Source of the DNA: an uncultured Gemmatimonas sp.
GTDB taxonomy: Bacteria > Gemmatimonadota > Gemmatimonadetes > Gemmatimonadales > Gemmatimonadaceae
Length of the DNA stretch: 64,000 nucleotides
Assembly: GCA_964484775.1 (NCBI GenBank)
Contig: CAZAGK010000005.1
Span: 7,396-71,395, forward strand
Direction: 5' to 3'
The notes below the pieces were generated by a model. The model was not told the origin of the DNA. It did no database searches and saw nothing but the letters and a program-made list of their open reading frames with translations. Each line of letters begins with the position of its first letter. Within the stretch, counting starts at the first letter, position 1. Shown piece by piece: positions 49,003 through 57,679 of the stretch. A program made the position numbers and the translations under genes.

Positions 49003-49548
49003 TGCGATAGCTCCCGAGGTGATGATTGGAACGTGTGGGTCAGACCATATTTGCTGCAACCGCCGGCGACCTGTGGCCGCGCCCAGCGGAAGACTTCGAT
49101 TGGAAAATGCCCGCGTCCTGCGTGATGCGTCCTGCCGTCAGACCGCCAGCTTTTCTACACTTCTGTGGCGGGAGGGCAAGCTACGGGCGTTCGTGTTTCC
49201 GCGCCATAACGAGCCAACTCTTTTGAAGACATGGACTTGAAAATGCAAAGTCACAGAATGGCGACGAAAAGCTGGATGAACATTCGACAGTAACTGCCAC
49301 CCCACTGTCGCATTTCATAACACCAAGCCGCCACTCCTACGACACCCGAAAGTTCGCCGATCCCAATTCGCTAAACTACTGAGATACAACCACTTGCAGG
49401 TTACACGTCAGCGCCCCGATCACGGCGCGCGTCGCGAGAATGCATCCTATCCACTCGGGAGCCCGCGCGGTAGGGACTTGCTCGCTCGCACGTGACTCAT
49501 TACCGACGGGACCACGAGGCGGCGCGTAACATCGGCGCCCCCTGAGCG
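49003..49548 (-). promoter_or_regulatory. Long AT-enriched non-coding leader / promoter region of nrdJ
   Basis: 546 nt with no credible ORF. Hand counts of 60-nt blocks give 43%, 48% and 55% G+C for 49201-49380, against about 70% elsewhere. It contains an imperfect 43-nt hairpin at 49276-49318. Confidence 0.35.
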
Positions 49549-49962
49549 TCACCGCACCAGACGCGCCGTCAGCGCCACTGGCTCCACGTGACAGGTCCCT
49601 GCGCGCACGGTCACCGCGCTCCGCGTCCAGGGCTGATACCCGCGCGCACGCACCGTCACCGTATACACCCCCGCGCGCTCGTACACGAGCCCGACCGATC
49701 GACCGCCCTCGGTCACCGCGCCCACGTACACCGAGTCACGATATCCCCCCTCCGCTGCCACCACCCGCACGCTGTCGAAAGGGAAGGTCGCACCGCTCAC
49801 GGAGTCGGTGAGCGTCGCGTTGATACCGGCCGCCGCGTAGGTCGCGCACACCGTCCCACCGCCGGGCCCGTCCACCGCGCCGCACGCGGCGACACTCAGC
49901 GCCACGAGCACGACCGGACCGATGACCGGAACCCCGCGATGCGCACGAGCGGAATGGATCAT
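49549..49962 (-). CDS. Small lipoprotein with carboxypeptidase-regulatory-like (CarboxypepD_reg) fold
   Basis: ATG 49962. Lipobox LVALSVAACG. YTVTVRARGYQPWTRSAVTVRAG resembles the Ig-like CarboxypepD_reg pattern. Confidence 0.5.
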   Translation of the reverse strand: MIHSARAHRGVPVIGPVVLVALSVAACGAVDGPGGGTVCATYAAAGINATLTDSVSGATFPFDSVRVVAAEGGYRDSVYVGAVTEGGRSVGLVYERAGVYTVTVRARGYQPWTRSAVTVRAGTCHVEPVALTARLVR

Positions 49963-49969
49963 ATCAGCG

Positions 49970-51331
49970 CTACCCGCGGTCGATCGGCACCGTCACCGCG
50001 AACACGCTCCCCTTCCCGGGCTCGCTCGCGACCTCGATCCGCCCGCCGAGCTGCTGCACGAGCTTCGCCGAGAGGGCGAGCCCGAGGCCGGTCCCTTCGA
50101 ACCGGCGCGCCAGCCCGCTCTCCAACTGTTCGAACGGCCGGAACAGACGCGGCAGGTCCTCGGCCGCGATCCCGATCCCGCTGTCCTGGACCGCGATGCG
50201 CAGCATCTCGCCGTCGGCACCCCCTTCGCGCGACAGGCGGACCGAGACGGCGCCGTGCTCGGGGGTGAACTTCACAGCGTTGCTCAGCAGGTTCATCAAC
50301 ACCTGCTTCAACGCCCGGACGTCGGTCCGCAGCAGCTCCGGCGCGTCCCCCAACTCCGTCCGCAGGGCGATCGAACGGCGCCCGGCATTGTCGCGCACCA
50401 TCCGGACGCAGCTGTCCACCAGCTCGGCGACGGGCGCCGCCTCGAGCTCGAGCGGACGCTTCCCCACTTCGATCTTGCTCAGGTCGAGGATGTCGTTGAT
50501 GAGCGACAGCAGATGCGACCCGGCCTCCTCGACCTCGCGGATGCTCGACCGCTGCGGGTCGTTCAGCGGTCCGTAGACCTCCTCCTGCAGTGCCTCGCTC
50601 ATGCCGAGGATCGCGTTCAGCGGCGTACGCAGTTCATGGCTCATCGCGGCCAGGAACTCGCTCTTGGCCCGGGCGGCCTGTTCGGCCTGCAGGAGCGCGT
50701 CACGCAGCGCGGCATCGGCGGCCTCGCGCGCGGTGACCTCGCGGATGATCGCCGTCATGTACAGGTGGCCGTCGCGATCGACCTTGGACAGCGACGCCTC
50801 CACGCGCACCTCGCTCCCGTCCTTGCGCCGCGCCGGCACGACCCCGCGATGCTCCATCGCCTTGTGACTGAGCGACGACGATTCGAACCCCTCCACATGG
50901 TCGCGATGCGCATCGACCAGCCGCGTCGGGATCAGCAGATCGAGCGGCTTGCCGAGGATCTCCGCGGCTCGCCAGCCGAACAGCTCCTCAGCGCCTTTGG
51001 AGAAGATCACGATCCGCCGCTCGCGGTCCACCGTGACGATCGCGTCGATCGAGCCGACGAGTACCCCCTCGAGCCCCGCCTCGGCGCGCGAGCGCTCCGC
51101 CTCGACCGCTGCCCGCAACGGAGTGGCCACCACCATCCAGAGCAGCGGCGCCGCGATGAGCGTGAGCAGCGAGGCGTCGATCAGCGTCTCCGTCAGACGC
51201 GGCATCTCGGGGAGCGCGCCGAGCGCGAGCATCACCGTGATCTCCACGACGATGATGATCGCCAACAGCTTGAAGAAGAGGACGCGCGGTCGGACGGCCG
51301 ACGCGGGAGGAGGCGAGGAGGCGCCGATCAT
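49970..51331 (-). CDS. Membrane histidine kinase (2 TM - PAS - HisKA - HATPase), no receiver domain
   Basis: ATG 51331. H-box FLAAMSHELRTPLNAILG, N-box LMNLLSNAVKF, DSGIGI, GTGLGLAL. Confidence 0.85.
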   Translation of the reverse strand: MIGASSPPPASAVRPRVLFFKLLAIIIVVEITVMLALGALPEMPRLTETLIDASLLTLIAAPLLWMVVATPLRAAVEAERSRAEAGLEGVLVGSIDAIVTVDRERRIVIFSKGAEELFGWRAAEILGKPLDLLIPTRLVDAHRDHVEGFESSSLSHKAMEHRGVVPARRKDGSEVRVEASLSKVDRDGHLYMTAIIREVTAREAADAALRDALLQAEQAARAKSEFLAAMSHELRTPLNAILGMSEALQEEVYGPLNDPQRSSIREVEEAGSHLLSLINDILDLSKIEVGKRPLELEAAPVAELVDSCVRMVRDNAGRRSIALRTELGDAPELLRTDVRALKQVLMNLLSNAVKFTPEHGAVSVRLSREGGADGEMLRIAVQDSGIGIAAEDLPRLFRPFEQLESGLARRFEGTGLGLALSAKLVQQLGGRIEVASEPGKGSVFAVTVPIDRG

Positions 51332-51335
51332 CGCG

Positions 51336-51854
51336 TCATCGCTGCCGCGGGAACTCCCCCGCGCGATGCCGTTCCTTCAGCGCCACATACGCCTGATAGC
51401 TCATCGGGAGCCGTGCGCGCTGCTCATCACGCAGCGGTCGCACCTTCGCCGGGATGCCGAGCACGAGGCTTCCCGGCGGGATCACCATCCCTTCCGGCAC
51501 CACCGCACCCGCGCCCACGATCGAACCGGCCCCGACGACCGCGTGGTTGAGCACGATCGCCCCGATCCCGATCAGGCTGCCGTCCTCCACCGTCGCCCCG
51601 TGCACCATCGCGCGGTGCCCCACCGTCACCCGCGCGCCGATGGTGCACGGCACTCCGGGATCACAGTGCACCACGGCGCCGTCCTGCACGTTGCTGTCGT
51701 CGCCGATCGTGATCCGGTCGGAATCCCCGCGAAGCACCGCGCACGGCCAGATGCTCACGCGCGCGCCGAGGACCACGTCGCCGAGCACGACGGCGGACTC
51801 GTGGATGTAGGGTCGGTCCGAAGCGTCGGGCGTGGGGGCGTGCTGGTCCGGCAT
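51336..51854 (-). CDS. Gamma-carbonic-anhydrase-family / left-handed beta-helix (hexapeptide repeat) protein
   Basis: ATG 51854 (MPDQHAPTPD...). IHESAVVLGDVVLGARVSIWPCAVLRGDSDRITIGDDSNVQDGAVVH is typical of YrdA/PaaY-like proteins. The ATG overlaps the upstream TGA by 1 nt. Confidence 0.85.
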   Translation of the reverse strand: MPDQHAPTPDASDRPYIHESAVVLGDVVLGARVSIWPCAVLRGDSDRITIGDDSNVQDGAVVHCDPGVPCTIGARVTVGHRAMVHGATVEDGSLIGIGAIVLNHAVVGAGSIVGAGAVVPEGMVIPPGSLVLGIPAKVRPLRDEQRARLPMSYQAYVALKERHRAGEFPRQR

Positions 51855-54805
51855 CAGAAGGAGGCTCCGATCGAGAAGTAGGCGGATACACCACCCGAAC
51901 GGGAGTATCGGCTCCCGGTCACCGGAACTGCAGCGCCGACGCGGAACCGATACGGCAGGTCGTACTGGAGCGCGGCATCGAACTGGAACTCGCCGCCGAC
52001 GCTCTGCATCAGCGCCTGCGTCGAGGCCTTGCCGTTGCACACCGTCGTGTTGGTGGTCCCGCTCGGGCACCATGCCTGCGCCGCATCGGTGAACAGCGTC
52101 AGGTTCACCTTCTGCAGGAAGAGCGGAAGCATCATCCACCCCTTGTTCGGCTGGAGGAGCGGGATCCGCAGCTCGGCACTGCCGCCGAGCGCCCGCGTGC
52201 CGAACTGCGCGGCGGCGGGGAATCCGCGGACGAAGAAGGTGCGGCGCCCCTCCCCCACGGTGATCCCGGGGATCACCGAAAGGATCGAACCGCTCACCCC
52301 ACCGGCCTCGAGCGTGCTCGCGGTGCGGTCATCCTCCCACCCGCCCGCGATCCGTCCGGCGAAGACGGCGTGCGCGGGACCTCCGAAGTCGAGCGACTTG
52401 AAGAACTGCGCATATCCCACCACGCTGTTCGAGCGCGTGGCCGAGGCATCGTCGCTGCGCCACCGTTGCCGCAGTGTGGCCGCGAGCTGGAAGCCATCCT
52501 CGGGCGAGATGCCGAGCGTCGTGAGACGCGCATTCCCGAAGCCGATGTTCGCGTACAACGACGGGAAGGTGTAGCTGCGCGTGTACGCGGAGCCGAGTCG
52601 CGCCAACAACGAGGTCGGCGTCGATTCGAAGTCGCGGAGCTCCACGTCGAAGCCGAGCGTGGCATACGAGTTGCTGCGATACCGCAGCCGCTGCGCCGTG
52701 ACGGACGCTCCGGTGAAGCGCTTGCGGCGCGAGAGCGTGCCGAGCGGGCGTCGGAGCGAGTCGGCCACGGCGAAGTGATCCCACTCGGCGCTGCTCGTGA
52801 GGCCGAGCGTCGGATTGCCGAGCCCGGTGTAGGCATAGGAGAGGTCCCACGTCGTCTCGGGGCGGCCGAAGTCGCGGGTGACGAGCGCATTGTAGCGGTG
52901 GCGACCGATCACGTCGGTGCCGCTGGTGAGGAAGCCCCAGCTGGTGCGCTGGTCGTCGCTCGTCGTGGCGGCGGGGAGCCAATAGGTGGGGAGCAGTGAG
53001 GCCCACGGCGAGAGCGGCGACGCCGGCGCCTGGGCGGCGCTGACGCTCACCACCGTGTCGCCGCGCGACGGCGCGAAGACCGTGGTGCTCTCGGCGCGCA
53101 CCCGCGGCGACGATGCGGGGAAGGTCGCGAGGTGATACCCATCGCCGCGGTACTCGAACGTCGCGATCCGCGACCCATCGGGACTCACCTCGCTCTCGAA
53201 CAGCCCGGTCGGGCTCTCGGCGATCCGCTCGGTCAGGCCGCTGGCGAGGTCGAACCGATACAGCGCCGCGCGCCCGGTGCGATCACTCGTGAAATAGATG
53301 GCATCGTCCTTGGGCGCCCAGCTCGGTGCGAGGGTCACGCCGCGGGCGCCGGCGAACGACCGCAGCACGCGCCCGCGCGCGTCGAGCAGCACGAGGTCGC
53401 TCACGCCGCCGCGCACACGGCGGGCCACGACGATGCGTGCGCCGTCGTGCGACCACCGCGGTTCGGCCCAGATCGTGTCGAACGCACTCGACGTGATCGG
53501 CGCGATCTCGCGGCCCTGTACCGTCACCAGCTGACTGCTGGCCGGCGTCAGCTGCACGGCGACGATCTGCGGCTCGCACGTCGTGGCGGCGCCGGCGGCG
53601 CCGGCCGCGCACCGTGCGTCGGGCTGCACGAGGCGTGCCCCGGTCGTGAGCCGCGTCGTACGTCCATCCTGCTCGCGATAGAGATCGCTGCGCACCGTGT
53701 ACGGATCGATCAGCTCGTCCTGCACGAAGATGCGCGACCCATCGGGCAGCGGCGATGTGGTGCCGAGCGAGGTGCGGTCGGCGATGGCGCGAGGAGCGCC
53801 GCCAGCGAGGTCCACCTCGGCGAGCGCGGGGAGGTCGCGTCCCGTGTTGCTCGCGTAGATGAGGCGCGCGTCACTCGTCCAGCGGAGTCGCTCGGCCGAC
53901 CACCCGCGCGTGGTGAGGAGCGTGGGACGCGTGAGTGCCGACGGGACGGCGGCCGTGCGTCGCACCGAGTCGGCCCACGCGCGGAAGGCATCGTCGAAGC
54001 CGATGCCGAACGCTTCCGTGGCATTCGCATTGAGCAGGTACGGGATGGTGCGTCCGGCCGTCGCCTCGATGAACGCCCGCACCTTCGGCGCGCCCTGCGT
54101 GCGCGCCATGTAGTCGATGAGGAGCGAGCCGTAGGCGTACGGCGTCTGCCCGAGCGGAAACTGCGTGGTGCTCGCGGCCCACGCGTTGACGTTCGGCATG
54201 GTGCCGTCGAGGGCGTGGGCGCGCACGAGCATCGAATGCTCGGTGCCGAGGATGCGTCCCGCGCCGGTGATGCGCGATTCGTAGTAGACCGCGATCCCCT
54301 CGTCCATCCAACTCGGCGTGTAGAGACCGGGGAAGAGGAAGGGATTGCGGCCGAAGATGCGCTGCGCGAACCGCCACCAGCCGGCCGAACGATCCAGGTG
54401 GAACACGTGCGTGAGCTCGTGCGTCAGGACGAGGTCGAACCAATCGTCGAGGTACTTGAGCGCGGTGCCGTCCACCGGCGGGCGCGCGTACACGACGATC
54501 CGGTTGCTCGGGAAGAGGGTAGCGTAACCGTTGCTATAGTCCACGTTGTCGGCGATCACCAACTCCACCGGCCCGCGCGGCTCCACGAGTTCGGCGGCGA
54601 GGCGTCCCCAGGCGCGCTCGGCGCTCCCGGCCGCCCGACGGGCGGCCGCCTCGAGCCCCGGGCTGAAATGCACTCGGAAGTGCGGCGTGCTGAGACTCTC
54701 CCAGTGGAGGTCCGGGGCGAGCTGCGCACGCCCGACCGCCGGTGCCAGCGCGACGGAGACGAGTGCGGCCGCACATCGCAGCGCGCGACGGATCACGCGA
54801 CGCAT
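51854..54805 (-). CDS. Outer-membrane fusion protein: HExxH peptidase-like domain + TolB/PD40-like beta-propeller region + C-terminal Omp85 (surface antigen D15) beta-barrel
   Basis: Signal peptide MRRVIRRALRCAAALVSVALAPAVGRAQ. LVLTHELTHVFH. The central region has DGSRI / DGARIV / SPDGSRIA-type PD40-like repeats. The C-terminal barrel pattern is FFVRGFPAAAQFGTRALGGSAELRIPL...LFTDAAQAW...YFSIGASF, with a terminal Phe. Confidence 0.7.
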   Translation of the reverse strand: MRRVIRRALRCAAALVSVALAPAVGRAQLAPDLHWESLSTPHFRVHFSPGLEAAARRAAGSAERAWGRLAAELVEPRGPVELVIADNVDYSNGYATLFPSNRIVVYARPPVDGTALKYLDDWFDLVLTHELTHVFHLDRSAGWWRFAQRIFGRNPFLFPGLYTPSWMDEGIAVYYESRITGAGRILGTEHSMLVRAHALDGTMPNVNAWAASTTQFPLGQTPYAYGSLLIDYMARTQGAPKVRAFIEATAGRTIPYLLNANATEAFGIGFDDAFRAWADSVRRTAAVPSALTRPTLLTTRGWSAERLRWTSDARLIYASNTGRDLPALAEVDLAGGAPRAIADRTSLGTTSPLPDGSRIFVQDELIDPYTVRSDLYREQDGRTTRLTTGARLVQPDARCAAGAAGAATTCEPQIVAVQLTPASSQLVTVQGREIAPITSSAFDTIWAEPRWSHDGARIVVARRVRGGVSDLVLLDARGRVLRSFAGARGVTLAPSWAPKDDAIYFTSDRTGRAALYRFDLASGLTERIAESPTGLFESEVSPDGSRIATFEYRGDGYHLATFPASSPRVRAESTTVFAPSRGDTVVSVSAAQAPASPLSPWASLLPTYWLPAATTSDDQRTSWGFLTSGTDVIGRHRYNALVTRDFGRPETTWDLSYAYTGLGNPTLGLTSSAEWDHFAVADSLRRPLGTLSRRKRFTGASVTAQRLRYRSNSYATLGFDVELRDFESTPTSLLARLGSAYTRSYTFPSLYANIGFGNARLTTLGISPEDGFQLAATLRQRWRSDDASATRSNSVVGYAQFFKSLDFGGPAHAVFAGRIAGGWEDDRTASTLEAGGVSGSILSVIPGITVGEGRRTFFVRGFPAAAQFGTRALGGSAELRIPLLQPNKGWMMLPLFLQKVNLTLFTDAAQAWCPSGTTNTTVCNGKASTQALMQSVGGEFQFDAALQYDLPYRFRVGAAVPVTGSRYSRSGGVSAYFSIGASF

Positions 54806-56712
54806 CAGCGCTCCTCCCGACGGGCGCGGAAGTATTCCTCGAGCCCGTCGGCGATGCCGAGGGCGTACTGACGCTGGAATTCCGGCGTGCGCAACGCGGC
54901 CTCCTGCTGCGGGATGATCACGAAGGCGCCCTCGCAGAGCACCGCCGGCATCCAGGTGAGTCGTGCGACCGCGAGGTTGTTCAGGTTGATCCCGAGGTCG
55001 CGGAGTCCCATCCGGCGGACGAGCCCCTGCTGCACGAGGCGCGCCAGCGGTTCGGATTGGTCGTGGAAGAAGTAGGTCCCCGTGCCATTGGCGGCGCGCG
55101 CGGGGTTGGCACCGTCGGGCCAGGCATTGAGATGGATGCTGACGAATGCGTCACCCTCGGCGCGGCGCGCGATCCCCGGCCGCGCCGCGAGCGCGACGGC
55201 CGCCCGCGTGGTGCGGGTCATGACCACCGTGGCACCGCGCTCCTCGAGCAGCGCCTTCAGCTGCTGCCCGACGCCGAGCGTCACATCCCCTTCGTAGAGT
55301 CCCGTCGGTCCGGTGGAGCCGATGGGCGGATGCCCCGGATCCACGACGATCGTGCGACCCGCGAGGGCGCGCAACGGATCGATCTCCGGCGCGTGCCGCA
55401 CGCGCAACACGAGCGCGCTCCGATCCCACAGCACGCCGTAGCCGGCGTTCGCGTGGCGGAGATGCACCACGTAGCGCACCCGATCCACCGCCAGCGGCTC
55501 CCAGGTGACATCGCGCACCATCGGATCGTTGGTGGCGAAGTTGATCAGGTCGGTGTTCCCGGTGGTGCCGTAGAGCGTCAGCACGATCTCGTCGCGGCTC
55601 TGCGAGACGAGATACGGGGCACGCTCGCTCATCGAGAGGCGGAGCTCGCTCCAGCGTCCGCTCATCGAGACGCGGGCCGTGGTCACGGTGCGGCGCGGCG
55701 CCGATGCCTCGGGACGCTCGCGCGTCGCACGGGTCTCGACCCACCCTTCCAACTGCTGGTCCAGACGCACCCGCGACCACTCCCCACGCTGTCCGGTGAG
55801 TTCCACGAGCGTGCCGGGAAGGAGCGCCCATCGATAGGTCCCGTCGGGCGCCGGACGGACGTTGACGACCTTGTCGGTGTCCGACGGCGCATCGTTGTTC
55901 GCGAGCAGTTCCACGAAGCGCGGCAGCGACGGGTCGATCAGCTGTACCGCGCCGGTGGCGACATTCACTTTGTCGCTGCCGCGTGAGACGGTGATCGTCC
56001 CCGGCTGCCTGAGCTCGGCCGCGGCGACTTCGGTGCTCCACGAGACACCTCCCGTGTTGCGCAGCGGCAGGGTCTCCCCCGCCGCCGTCTGCAGCACCAC
56101 CGACGCGTTCGACGGCGCCCGCAGCGCGACCCGCACCCGCTCCTCGGCGCGCAGCGCGAGCTTCCCCGCCGGCGCCACCGAGCCGCGATCGACGACCAGC
56201 GCGCCCGTCGAGGGGAGTGGCATCGCGAGCGGGCGGAGGGCCACCGTGAGCGTGGCCGAGGCGCTGTCGGCATCACGTCGCGCGATCAGTTCGTAGCGCG
56301 GCTTGTCCCCCGGGGGCACCGGGAGCCAGCCGAGGAAGGCGCCGTTCGGCTGCACCTCGACCGGGGTTCCGTTGATCGTCAGGTTCGCCCGCCCCGAGCC
56401 TACCGAGCCGAAGATGAAGTTCGAGTCGCGGACGCCGAGCGTCTGCCCCGGAGCCGGATACACGACCTTCACCGCGAGCGGACCGTCCACCATGGGGATC
56501 GGCGGAAGGGGCGGCGCGGGCTCGGTGTTGACCGGCGTGCGCACCGGGAAGGGCGCTCGGGGGCGGAAGCCGCTGTCGGGACGCGGAGCGGCCGCCGCAG
56601 GAGCGACCGGCGCGGGGGCGGGCGCCGGGGTCGGCGGGGGCGCGCAGGCTCCGGCCGCGGTGACACCCGCCAGCAGGGCGAGGCGAGCGAGGGAACGCGG
56701 GGTGATGTCCAT
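54805..56712 (-). CDS. N-acetylmuramoyl-L-alanine amidase (Amidase_3) lipoprotein with long N-terminal extension
   Basis: ATG 56712. Lipobox LLAGVTAAGAC. Pro/Ala-rich linker. C-terminal IVVDPGHPP...GLYEGDVTL...FVSIHLNA...VLCEGAF matches Amidase_3 metal ligands. The stop overlaps the next ATG (ATGA). Confidence 0.8.
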   Translation of the reverse strand: MDITPRSLARLALLAGVTAAGACAPPPTPAPAPAPVAPAAAAPRPDSGFRPRAPFPVRTPVNTEPAPPLPPIPMVDGPLAVKVVYPAPGQTLGVRDSNFIFGSVGSGRANLTINGTPVEVQPNGAFLGWLPVPPGDKPRYELIARRDADSASATLTVALRPLAMPLPSTGALVVDRGSVAPAGKLALRAEERVRVALRAPSNASVVLQTAAGETLPLRNTGGVSWSTEVAAAELRQPGTITVSRGSDKVNVATGAVQLIDPSLPRFVELLANNDAPSDTDKVVNVRPAPDGTYRWALLPGTLVELTGQRGEWSRVRLDQQLEGWVETRATRERPEASAPRRTVTTARVSMSGRWSELRLSMSERAPYLVSQSRDEIVLTLYGTTGNTDLINFATNDPMVRDVTWEPLAVDRVRYVVHLRHANAGYGVLWDRSALVLRVRHAPEIDPLRALAGRTIVVDPGHPPIGSTGPTGLYEGDVTLGVGQQLKALLEERGATVVMTRTTRAAVALAARPGIARRAEGDAFVSIHLNAWPDGANPARAANGTGTYFFHDQSEPLARLVQQGLVRRMGLRDLGINLNNLAVARLTWMPAVLCEGAFVIIPQQEAALRTPEFQRQYALGIADGLEEYFRARREER

Positions 56713-56842
56713 TGAACACTACCATAATGCGCGGCCCCGCCTAGCCGCCACTCAGGGCGGGCCCTATATTCGCCCCCACGACGAGTTTAGCCTCAGATCG
56801 GGGCACTGGTTCACTCGTCCAACTCAGGGAGAGCCATCAACG

Positions 56843-57679
56843 GTGACTCGATGCGGCTCGTGCGGGCGGGAGAACGACTCCGATTCGCGATTCTGCCAAG
56901 GGTGCGGTCAGCCCGTGGTCCAGGGCGCGGCGCGGCTCATCCCGACCGATGGAGCCTGGAAGCTCGTGGGTAATCCCAAGGCGCCCACGAACGAGCGACG
57001 GGCCAAGGTCTCGACGCACTCGCAGCCCATCGGCACCCCGCTGCGCCTCTCGCTGCTCAGCGAGACCGGCGAGCTCCTCGAATCGTTCTCGCTCGACGGT
57101 GAGCGCATCACGATCGGACGCGACGACGGCGACCTCCTCTTCGAGAGCGACGTCTACGTCAGTCCGGTGCATGCCATGCTCTCGCGGCGCGACGGGCAGC
57201 TCTACCTCCGCGACCTCGGCGCGCGCAACGGCACCTGGCTCTTCATCGACGCACCCTACCGTCTGCAGGACGGCGACACCATTCTGATTGGGTCGCAGGT
57301 CATCCGGTTCCGCCGTCTGGGGTATCCCGGACCGCATCCCCCGGAGGCCGATCAGACGCGGCGACTCGGCTCGCTCGTGCCCGGCGCGGACATCGCCGTG
57401 CTCGCGCAGCTGCGGTCGGACGGGAGCGCCCGCGACACGGTGCACCTCTCGCCGGGACGCGGTGTCAGGATCGGACGCGAATTCGGGGATTGGGTCTTCC
57501 CCTATGACAAGACGATGAGCGGTCGTCACGCCGAGATCCGGAGTGAGGACCTCGAGTTCATCGTGCTGGATGACGGCAGCCGGAACGGCGTCGCGGTGGC
57601 AGTGCGCGGCGAACGGCCGGTGAAAGTGGGCCAACGGATCTTGATCGGAGACCAGACCTTGCGCGTGGAGAGCTTGTGA
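56843..57679 (+). CDS. Zinc-ribbon protein with two FHA domains
   Basis: GTG 56843 is preceded by GGGAGAG. CGSCGRENDSDSRFCQGCG. FHA 1: ITIGRDDGDL..VSPVHAML..LYLRDLGARNGTW. FHA 2: VRIGREFGDW..MSGRHAEI..VLDDGSRNGV. The upstream 180 aa of the track ORF lies antisense to the amidase and was discarded. Confidence 0.8.
   Translation: MTRCGSCGRENDSDSRFCQGCGQPVVQGAARLIPTDGAWKLVGNPKAPTNERRAKVSTHSQPIGTPLRLSLLSETGELLESFSLDGERITIGRDDGDLLFESDVYVSPVHAMLSRRDGQLYLRDLGARNGTWLFIDAPYRLQDGDTILIGSQVIRFRRLGYPGPHPPEADQTRRLGSLVPGADIAVLAQLRSDGSARDTVHLSPGRGVRIGREFGDWVFPYDKTMSGRHAEIRSEDLEFIVLDDGSRNGVAVAVRGERPVKVGQRILIGDQTLRVESL

Noticed and set aside
49003-49548. A cobalamin riboswitch or NrdR boxes in the nrdJ leader.
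   Set aside because: B12-box-like (GTCAGACCGCC, about 49136-49148) and GCCAC..CACTG-like (about 49296-49308) strings occur only on the plus strand. That is antisense to nrdJ, the strings are in the wrong order, and no downstream plus-strand gene exists. I found no convincing 16-bp NrdR palindrome by eye. The region is kept as an unexplained leader, not as a named element.
56303-56842. The N-terminal 180 aa of ORF 56303..57679, and likewise the first 118 aa of ORF 62141..63982.
   Set aside because: These extensions overlap the amidase gene (antisense) and the anmK gene (out of frame) respectively, and they are low-complexity. Internal GTG starts give a Shine-Dalgarno-like GGGAGAG (56843) or a GTGA junction (63628).
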